From contig OY762227.1 in NCBI GenBank assembly GCA_963665485.1, forward strand, positions 3,919,293 through 3,983,292: a DNA stretch of 64,000 nt, written 5' to 3'. The notes under the pieces were generated by a model that saw only the letters and a program-made list of their open reading frames with translations, did not search any database and was not told the origin of the DNA. Below are positions 57,199 through 64,000 of the stretch, piece by piece; the first letter of the stretch is position 1, and each line of letters starts with the position of its first letter. This DNA comes from Bacteroidales bacterium (GTDB lineage: Bacteria > Bacteroidota > Bacteroidia > Bacteroidales > UBA4417). The position numbers were made by a program, and so were the translations under genes.

Positions 57199-57816
57199 AT
57201 GGCAATAAAAGTATTTATTACTGATGATCATTATATGGTAGTGGAAGGAATCCGGTCACTGTTGCAACTTGAGTCAAAGATAGAATGGATGGGTCATGCC
57301 ACCAATGCTTCATCGTGCATGTCGTTTATCCGGCAGCAGCAACCGGATGTTTTGCTACTTGATATAAATCTGCCTGATAAGAGCGGAATTGATTTATGTA
57401 AGGAAATCAAAACTATGTATCCCGAAATAAACATCCTCGGACTAAGCTCATTCAATCAACAGAGTTATATTCAGAAAATGATGCAAAACGGAGCTTCCGG
57501 CTACCTGTTAAAAAATGCTACCCAGGAAGAAATTCTTAATGCCATCGAAGCCGTAGTTCGCGGCGACATTTTTATGAGTAAAGAAGCTGTTACCACCATG
57601 CGTGAGAACAAAGATGCCGCGATACCGGTAATAACCAGGCGAGAGAAAGAAGTTTTGCAATTGATTGCCGAAGGCATGAAGAACAAAGAGATTGCCGAAA
57701 AATTATTTATCAGCATCACTACTGTTGATACACACCGAAATAGTCTGCTCTCGAAATTTGATGTAAAGAATACGGCTAACCTAATTCATCTGGCCGCTCA
57801 GTACAAGCTGATTTAA
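57199..57816 (+). CDS. Response regulator, NarL/LuxR family (REC plus HTH_LuxR)
   Basis: It has IKVFITDDHYMVVEG and the phospho-acceptor context DVLLLDINLPDKSG. The C-terminus is ITRREKEVLQLIAEGMKNKEIAEKLFISITTVDTHRNSLLSKF. Confidence 0.9.
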   Translation: MAIKVFITDDHYMVVEGIRSLLQLESKIEWMGHATNASSCMSFIRQQQPDVLLLDINLPDKSGIDLCKEIKTMYPEINILGLSSFNQQSYIQKMMQNGASGYLLKNATQEEILNAIEAVVRGDIFMSKEAVTTMRENKDAAIPVITRREKEVLQLIAEGMKNKEIAEKLFISITTVDTHRNSLLSKFDVKNTANLIHLAAQYKLI

Positions 57817-58012
57817 TACATGTTCACATATAAATACAAATTGAATTCAATATTCCGTTAATAATTTCCAGCTACCTCATTATCAGCAGTATATAAAACC
57901 ATATCTTTGCGTCCTCATATTTTGAAAATCAGTCACTTATTTCTTTGCGTCTTTTCGGCAAATAAAAAACTATCGGAGTATTGTTGTATTCTAACTCAAA
58001 TTTAATTCGACA

Positions 58013-58933
58013 TTACCACACAAAAAACATTACCGCGCCGCAGACCGCTATTACGGCTCCTATAATTTCACGGGCAGTAACTTTCTCCTTATTAATAAGC
58101 ACTGCTGGTGGAATAATAAACACCGGTGTCAGCGACATAATTGTCTGTGCAATTCCTGCATTGGTGTGCTGAACAGCCATAAGTGAAAACGAAACACCCA
58201 GAAATGGCCCGAAAATGGAACCGACTATAAGCCATTTCATTGCTTTGGTATTTTTGAAAGATACCGGTAACTCCTTCCATCTGCCTAATATAAAAAACAG
58301 GATGGCAAAACCGATAAAACCTGTTATTACCCTGATATGTGATGCGGCAAAAGGATCATAATTCCTCATACCGTATTTACTCAGCACCAATCCAACACCC
58401 TGGCCGGCAGCAGCAATTATGCCAAGTACAATTCCTTTAATTGGATAGGACATTGAAAATCTTTTTTTACTCTTTTTTTCGCCAGGCAAAGAATCCGCCG
58501 TACGTGTAAATATCACAAGGGCAATTCCGCCCAAAGTAATAATCATTGCCAGCAGGCTTTTACCACTCATCACTTCGCCAAGCATTATCCAGGCAGTGAA
58601 AGCAGCAAAAACCGGCGCCAGCGTCATCATCAGCATGGCAACCCTTGCTCCCGTAATAACGTAAGCTTTGAAAAGGCAATAATCGCCGATGATAAAACCT
58701 ACAATACCTGAAATTGCAAGCCAGGTCCAGGTATGAAGATCTGCATCTGATGGAAGGAAAAGTCCCCGGTAGAAATATGAAAATACTGAAAGCAATATTG
58801 CCGCAACACCTAACCTTAACAGGTTAACATGCATCGATCCGATTCGTTTGCTTGCAGATTCAAATGCTAAAGCAGTAATAGTCCAGAAAAGTGTGGTGAG
58901 TAACGCAGCAAATTCGCCCAGATGTGATGTCAT
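58013..58933 (-). CDS. DMT superfamily (EamA-like) transporter
   Basis: About 306 aa from the ATG at 58933, with 10 TM segments and two EamA-like halves. Confidence 0.78.
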   Translation of the reverse strand: MTSHLGEFAALLTTLFWTITALAFESASKRIGSMHVNLLRLGVAAILLSVFSYFYRGLFLPSDADLHTWTWLAISGIVGFIIGDYCLFKAYVITGARVAMLMMTLAPVFAAFTAWIMLGEVMSGKSLLAMIITLGGIALVIFTRTADSLPGEKKSKKRFSMSYPIKGIVLGIIAAAGQGVGLVLSKYGMRNYDPFAASHIRVITGFIGFAILFFILGRWKELPVSFKNTKAMKWLIVGSIFGPFLGVSFSLMAVQHTNAGIAQTIMSLTPVFIIPPAVLINKEKVTAREIIGAVIAVCGAVMFFVW

Positions 58934-59038
58934 ATACCTTATTATAATGCAGGGGCCAAAATTAGGTAAATGATCGGTCATTAGAGTAAAGCCCGAAAAA
59001 TATATGGTAAAATACTCAGAATTATATTTTGGTCTGCC

Positions 59039-59046
59039 TACCTTTG
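59039..59046 (+). promoter_or_regulatory. TAnnTTTG -7-type promoter motif upstream of yigZ
   Basis: tacctttg lies 56 nt upstream of the ATG at 59103. Confidence 0.35.
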
Positions 59047-59102
59047 CAAAAACCGGAAGTAGTTAAAATCAACCTTTTTATTAACAGAACATTTGATATC
59101 GG

Positions 59103-59717
59103 ATGCTATTCAGCGACGAATATAAAACTATAGCAAAACCTTCGCAGGGATCTTTCCGTGAAAAGGGCAGCAAGTTCTTAGCCTTTGCTATTCCGGCTTC
59201 CAGCGAGCAGGAAGTAAAACAACAACTTGAAGCTTTGCGCAAGCAATATTATGATGCAACTCACCATTGTTACGCTTATGTACTTGGCTTCGACAAATCA
59301 GCCTACCGTATTAACGACGATGGTGAACCATCCGGAACTGCCGGACGGCCGATTTACGGGCAGTTACTTTCGGCTGATCTTACCAATACGCTGATTGTGG
59401 TTGTACGTTATTACGGCGGTACAAATCTCGGAGTACCGGGTTTAATAAATGCGTACAAAACATCAGCACTGGAAGCAATAAACAATGCAACTATATTAAC
59501 TAAAATTGTCAAGGAAATCTATGAGATACAATATCCATATGAAGTTATGAATGATGTGATGAAAATCATCAAAGATGAAATATTAGAAGTTATTAACAAT
59601 GAGTTTGGCATGAAATGTGTTATCCGGCTGGCGATCCGACACAGTGAAGCAGGGCGTGTTGTCAGTAAATTTTCGAAGATAAACCAATTAATTATTAAAT
59701 ACTTATCAATTTCTTAA
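59103..59717 (+). CDS. yigZ: YigZ / IMPACT family protein (UPF0029)
   Basis: 204 aa. It has KGSKFLAFAIPASSEQEV, ATHHCYAY, DDGEPSGTAGRPI and VVVRYYGGTNLG, the family hallmarks. Confidence 0.8.
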   Translation: MLFSDEYKTIAKPSQGSFREKGSKFLAFAIPASSEQEVKQQLEALRKQYYDATHHCYAYVLGFDKSAYRINDDGEPSGTAGRPIYGQLLSADLTNTLIVVVRYYGGTNLGVPGLINAYKTSALEAINNATILTKIVKEIYEIQYPYEVMNDVMKIIKDEILEVINNEFGMKCVIRLAIRHSEAGRVVSKFSKINQLIIKYLSIS

Positions 59718-59926
59718 CATTTCCGCCTGGAATCCGGACTTATTTTTTACCATTTTGCCATATACGACTAAAATATTAAAAATCAAATATCATTAAAATT
59801 TTTTTTTGAACTTTGTTATAATGATTTTTGAACACTTTTAAGACTGAACAAACTATTTCATACCTATTTTTAGCTATTAAGCTGATATCAAGCTGAATTA
59901 CAGACCAAAAATAACCAAGAGTAAAC

Positions 59927-61384
59927 ATGCAATACAACGAAATGGAAGGAATTAAAGAACTTCATCAGGAAGTTTGGGAAAATTGCCTTAAAGTAATCCG
60001 CGACAACCTCAACTATCAAAGTTTTAAAACCTGGTTTTCTCCTATTAAAGCAATTAAACTGGATAACAATATTCTTACCATCCAGGTTCCGAGCCAGTTT
60101 TTTTATGAATGGCTTGAAGAGCATTATATTACTCTTCTAAAGAAAACCATTCGAAACGAACTGGGTCCAAACGGAAGGTTAGAATATAGTATTGTTATGG
60201 AAGGAGCATACACTTCCGATCCTTACACCATTAAAATACCTACCAGTAACAATAAAGCTACCAGAAATCCATCAGTACAAATGCCGATAGATTTAAACGC
60301 GGGGAAATCAAAAGAAATACCTAATCCATTTGTTATTCCGGGCCTCAAAAAGATCCAGGTTCAATCGCAATTGAACGAATCATACTCTTTTGATAATTTC
60401 ATTGAAGGTGATTGTAACAGGTTAGCACGGTCAGCTGGCTACGCGGTTGCATGTAATCCTGGTAAAACTGCTTTTAATCCGCTGTTTCTCTACAGCCCTG
60501 TTGGTTTAGGCAAAACTCACCTTGCCCAGGCTATCGGTTTGCAGGTAAAAAACAATTTCCCTGAAAAAACTGTTTTGTATGTTGCTACTGAGCAGTTTAC
60601 GCAACAATTTATTGATTCGGTCCGCAGTAACAACCAAAACGATTTTGTTCATTTTTACCAGATGATCGATGTACTGATCATTGATGATATTCATTTCCTT
60701 TCAGGCAAAGAAAAGACACAAGATGTTTTCTTTCATATTTTCAACCATCTGCATCAAAAAGGAAAACAACTAATCCTCACCAGCGATAAAGCGCCGGTTG
60801 AATTGAAAGGATTAGAGCCAAGATTATTATCGCGTTTCAAATGGGGATTGGCAGCCGATCTTCAGGTTCCGGATCTGGAAACCCGTATTGCCATCCTGAA
60901 AAAGAGATTGTATAAAGACGGCATCGATATGCCATACGAGGTTCTCGAATACCTGGCATACAGCATCACTACCAATGTTCGGGAACTTGAAGGCGCTCTG
61001 ATTTCGCTGATGGCTCAGTCATCACTGAATAAAAAAGCCATTACCATTGACCTGGCAAGGCAAATGATTGATAAGTTCGTAAAAAATACAGCCCGCGAAA
61101 TATCTATTGATTTTATCCAGAAAATAGTTTGCGATTACTTTGATATCCCTGTTGACGCAATAAACTCAAAAACCCGCAAGCGCGATATCGTTCAGGCACG
61201 TCAGCTGGCAATGTATTATTCCAAAAAGCACACTAAGGCTTCGCTGGCAACCATCGGGCTGCATTGTGGCAACAAAGATCACGCAACCGTACTTCATGCC
61301 TGTCGCACCGTAAACAACCTGATTGAGACCGACAAGCAATTCCGCACTTATGTGGAAGAAATTGAAAAAAGGATCAAATTCTAA
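59927..61384 (+). CDS. dnaA: Chromosomal replication initiator protein DnaA
   Basis: 485 aa. It has YSFDNFIEGDCNRLA, Walker A PLFLYSPVGLGKTHL, Walker B VLIIDDIHFL, sensor NVRELEGAL, and the domain IV DNA-binding helix RQLAMYYSKKHT..SLATIG..G.KDHATVLHA. Confidence 0.95.
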   Translation: MQYNEMEGIKELHQEVWENCLKVIRDNLNYQSFKTWFSPIKAIKLDNNILTIQVPSQFFYEWLEEHYITLLKKTIRNELGPNGRLEYSIVMEGAYTSDPYTIKIPTSNNKATRNPSVQMPIDLNAGKSKEIPNPFVIPGLKKIQVQSQLNESYSFDNFIEGDCNRLARSAGYAVACNPGKTAFNPLFLYSPVGLGKTHLAQAIGLQVKNNFPEKTVLYVATEQFTQQFIDSVRSNNQNDFVHFYQMIDVLIIDDIHFLSGKEKTQDVFFHIFNHLHQKGKQLILTSDKAPVELKGLEPRLLSRFKWGLAADLQVPDLETRIAILKKRLYKDGIDMPYEVLEYLAYSITTNVRELEGALISLMAQSSLNKKAITIDLARQMIDKFVKNTAREISIDFIQKIVCDYFDIPVDAINSKTRKRDIVQARQLAMYYSKKHTKASLATIGLHCGNKDHATVLHACRTVNNLIETDKQFRTYVEEIEKRIKF

Positions 61385-61413
61385 TTTTCCGAAGAATATT
61401 CCAATAAAACATA

Positions 61414-61446
61414 AAAGGAAGTTGTGCAGGCACGGCTTCCTTTTTT
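61414..61446 (+). terminator. Rho-independent terminator after dnaA
   Basis: ggaagttgtgc / gcacggcttcc forms the stem, with two G-U wobble pairs at the RNA level. It is followed by tttttt (61441..61446). Confidence 0.6.
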
Positions 61447-61549
61447 AGGTTTTAAATTATACTGATTTATGCATTGCGACTAATAGCTCAAATTAAAGTT
61501 ACACTTCTCAACCCATTCAGATATTTCTTTTTAATTGAAAAGTTAAAGT

Positions 61550-61557
61550 TATTTTTG
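61550..61557 (+). promoter_or_regulatory. TAnnTTTG -7-type promoter motif upstream of the LMW-PTP gene
   Basis: tatttttg lies 44 nt upstream of the ATG at 61602. Confidence 0.35.
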
Positions 61558-61601
61558 CATACCATCCATTAGAAACACAAATTGAAAAATATAGTACGCC
61601 A

Positions 61602-62066
61602 ATGAAAATACTTATGGTATGCCTTGGTAATATTTGCAGGTCGCCAATGGCGGAAGGACTAATGAAGGCGAAAATTGAAAAGTACAAACTTGATGTTGAA
61701 GTAGATTCAGCCGGGTTTGAACCTTTTCATACAGGTGATGCTCCGGATTTCAGGGCGACAAGAGTAATGAAACAACATGGAATTGATATTTCCAGGCAAC
61801 GATCACGACTTTTCCGGGAATCAGATTTTACTGATTTTGATCGGATATATGTAATGGACAGCGGAAACTTCCAGGATGTGAAATCAGTTGCCAGAAATGG
61901 CATTCAGATGCAAAAAGTTGATTACATCCTGAATATTTCACACCCCGGCAGCAACAAACCGGTTCCTGATCCTTATTACGGAGGTGAGCAGGGATTTGAA
62001 AAGACCTATCAATTACTCGATTCAGCTACTGAACTTATCGCTCAAGAAATAAAGAACGGAGAATAA
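61602..62066 (+). CDS. Low-molecular-weight protein-tyrosine phosphatase
   Basis: It has the active-site loop VCLGNICRSPMAE (C-x5-R-S) at the N-terminus and the DP loop VPDPYYG. 154 aa. Confidence 0.87.
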   Translation: MKILMVCLGNICRSPMAEGLMKAKIEKYKLDVEVDSAGFEPFHTGDAPDFRATRVMKQHGIDISRQRSRLFRESDFTDFDRIYVMDSGNFQDVKSVARNGIQMQKVDYILNISHPGSNKPVPDPYYGGEQGFEKTYQLLDSATELIAQEIKNGE

Positions 62067-62067
62067 A

Positions 62068-63024
62068 ATGGATACTACTCACGAACCCGGTAAGGAAGAA
62101 ATAATAACTGCGGCAGAACGCATTCAACCCTATGTACATCGCACGCCGGTATTGACCTGCAAAACCATTGACGAAATTTCCGGGGCAAGTATTTTTTTTA
62201 AATGCGAGAATTTACAAAAAGCTGGCGCCTTTAAATCGCGTGGAGCCGTAAATGCCGTTTTTAGTCATGACCCATATGAAATCAAACAAGGCGTGGCTAC
62301 CCATTCATCAGGCAATCACGCTGCAGCGCTGGCACGTGCTGCCCAGCTTAAGCAAATTCCTGCCTATATAGTAATGCCCGAAAACTCGTCAAAAGTTAAA
62401 GTCGCAGCGGTAAAAAACTACGGAGGCAGAATCACTTTCTGCCAACCAACGCTTGAAGCCCGGGAATCAAAACTGAATGAAGTTTTAAGTGAAACCAATG
62501 CCTTTGAGATACACCCCTACAACAACTACGCGGTTATTGCCGGCCAGGCAACAGCTGCACTCGAACTAATTGAAGATTACAAGGACCTTGACATAATTAT
62601 AGCACCCGTTGGTGGTGGAGGTTTACTAAGTGGAACTGCTCTGGCCACACATTATTTTTCGCCTTCAACAAAGGTGATAGCTGCCGAACCTTCCGGCGCT
62701 GATGATGCATACCAGTCTTTCTATCAAAGAAAGTTTGTACCTTCAGTTAATCCCGATACCATTGCCGATGGGCTCCGGACTTCACTTGGAAGTCTCACGT
62801 TCCCGATTATCAGGCAATTAGTCAGCGATATAGTAACTGTAAATGACCAGGCAACCACCGAAGCCATGAAACTGGTTTGGGAACGAATGAAAATCATTAT
62901 TGAACCTTCGTCGGCCGTAGCTTTAGCCATAATTTTGAAACACAAACATCGTTTTGAAAGACGACGAATCGGAATTATAATTTCAGGCGGAAATGTAGAT
63001 CTGATGCATTTGCCTTGGTTGTAA
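62068..63024 (+). CDS. PLP-dependent serine/threonine dehydratase family enzyme (serine racemase / threo-3-hydroxyaspartate ammonia-lyase-like)
   Basis: It has the PLP-lysine motif FKCENLQKAGAFKSRGA, then SSGNHAAALA and the glycine loop APVGGGGLLSG. 318 aa with no ACT regulatory domain. Confidence 0.8.
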   Translation: MDTTHEPGKEEIITAAERIQPYVHRTPVLTCKTIDEISGASIFFKCENLQKAGAFKSRGAVNAVFSHDPYEIKQGVATHSSGNHAAALARAAQLKQIPAYIVMPENSSKVKVAAVKNYGGRITFCQPTLEARESKLNEVLSETNAFEIHPYNNYAVIAGQATAALELIEDYKDLDIIIAPVGGGGLLSGTALATHYFSPSTKVIAAEPSGADDAYQSFYQRKFVPSVNPDTIADGLRTSLGSLTFPIIRQLVSDIVTVNDQATTEAMKLVWERMKIIIEPSSAVALAIILKHKHRFERRRIGIIISGGNVDLMHLPWL

Positions 63025-63125
63025 TGATTGTGGGTTATACAGGCTAAGATAGTAGGGGTAGGTCTGAAATTCCCAGGCCCTAAATAATAAATTACAGATT
63101 CTGCATCAAACATCGCCCATCAAAC

Positions 63126-63836
63126 ATGAATAAAGGAAACCTCTATCTTATTCCAACACCACTGGGAGAAACCGGATTCGACGCTGCTTTGCCAGACTAT
63201 AATCTCCATATCCTTCAGCGAATCGATACTTTTATTGTGGAGGAACTTCGTACAGCCCGAAGGTTTCTTCGAAAAGTTGGTTATTTAAAAGATTTTGAAA
63301 CGGTTACCTTTTATCTTCTAAATGAACATACACCTGATGATGAAGCTGCCGGAATGCTTGTAAATGCGATGATTGGCCAACACATAGGACTGCTTAGCGA
63401 AGCCGGATTGCCCTGCATTGCCGATCCAGGAAATATTGCAGTAAGGCTGGCTCATCGGAAAGGTATTAGGGTAATTCCGCTTACAGGGCCATCCTCAATT
63501 ATGCTGGCATTAATGGCCTCCGGATTGAACGGCCAGAATTTTGTTTTTCATGGCTACCTTCCGGTAAAACCGGATGAACGATCCAAAGCACTCCGCGAAC
63601 TGGAACACGCTGCGGCAAAAGGCAGCCAAACCCAGATTTTTATAGAAACACCTTACCGCAACCTGCAGATGCTCGAAAGCATAGTAAAAACATGTAATCC
63701 TGCACTTACACTTTGCATTGCCGCCGATCTTACACTCGAAACCGAATGGATTAGAAGTATGCCATTGAATGAATGGAAAAGACAAAAACCTGAATTGCAT
63801 AAAAGGCCGGCGGTGTTTCTATTAGGAAATAGCTGA
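63126..63836 (+). CDS. SAM-dependent methyltransferase of the tetrapyrrole-methylase (TP_methylase, RsmI-like) superfamily
   Basis: 236 aa. NLYLIPTPLGE, SEAGLPCIADPG and IPLTGPSSIMLALMASG resemble the RsmI/YraL fold motifs. Confidence 0.65.
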   Translation: MNKGNLYLIPTPLGETGFDAALPDYNLHILQRIDTFIVEELRTARRFLRKVGYLKDFETVTFYLLNEHTPDDEAAGMLVNAMIGQHIGLLSEAGLPCIADPGNIAVRLAHRKGIRVIPLTGPSSIMLALMASGLNGQNFVFHGYLPVKPDERSKALRELEHAAAKGSQTQIFIETPYRNLQMLESIVKTCNPALTLCIAADLTLETEWIRSMPLNEWKRQKPELHKRPAVFLLGNS

Positions 63837-64000
63837 CTTGCTTAAGAGTATTGGTCAGAATAACGCGCCCATTAGAGTGAAAGTTCTGGCAAAAAACACA
63901 CTCTGATGATGTTACTTTTCTGCGCAATCCGTGGCATCACTTTGTATTAATAGTATTGACAAGGCTGATTAGTTTCTATAATTTTATTCTCATATTTTAA

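Noticed and set aside
59718-61601. oriC next to dnaA
   Set aside because: I scanned both dnaA-flanking spacers (59718..59926 and 61385..61601) by eye for TTATCCACA/TGTGGATAA-like boxes and found none, only AT-rich DNA. The sole near match I noticed (tgtggatag at about 45676) is inside a coding region. The origin may lie elsewhere, and a proper DnaA-box and GC-skew scan is needed.
1-64000. Mobile elements, prophage, integrative island or defence systems
   Set aside because: No translation in any listed ORF resembles a transposase, integrase, recombinase, phage structural protein, restriction-modification system, toxin-antitoxin pair or a known defence-system protein. There are also no tRNA genes to serve as integration sites.

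Overview
This 64 kb window looks like a Bacteroidota chromosome segment that includes dnaA (59927..61384). The phylum call rests on four proteins with T9SS C-terminal sorting domains, repeated TAnnTTTG -7-type promoter motifs, and the absence of Shine-Dalgarno sites. I support about 55 protein genes and found no rRNA, tRNA, CRISPR array, transposase or integrase.

Layout:
- 1..5.8 kb: a TonB-dependent receptor cut by the window start, then miaA, rsmG, pepD and rpmH (below the ORF-track length cutoff).
- 6.3..23 kb: a surface-glycan locus. It holds a frameshifted YfhO-like membrane protein, three GT4/GT2 glycosyltransferases, a GT2-methyltransferase fusion, a sugar nucleotidyltransferase, an epimerase and two MOP flippases. 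A 1039-aa T9SS type-B repeat protein interrupts it.
- 23..33 kb: housekeeping genes (nadC, rlmH, rdgB, ddl, rluD).
- 34..39 kb: futalosine-pathway menaquinone genes (radical-SAM MqnE/C, mqnD, mqnB), interrupted by a T9SS serine protease and by a heptanucleotide tandem repeat plus a C9 tract.
- 39..46 kb: alkaline phosphatase, an MFS transporter, prmC, an OmpA protein with thrombospondin-3 repeats, and CoA-binding and HIT proteins.
- 57.9..64 kb: an EamA transporter, yigZ, dnaA, an LMW-PTP, a PLP enzyme and a methylase.

The best candidate for something undescribed is 46.5..54.5 kb. It is a co-directional string of six signal-peptide proteins with no assignable function, and one of them has an Hcp (T6SS tube)-like sequence pattern behind a Sec signal peptide. 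The string is divergent from a TPR-sensor kinase / NarL-type regulator pair at 55..57.8 kb.

All calls come from reading the sequence and translations by eye. No database search was run.
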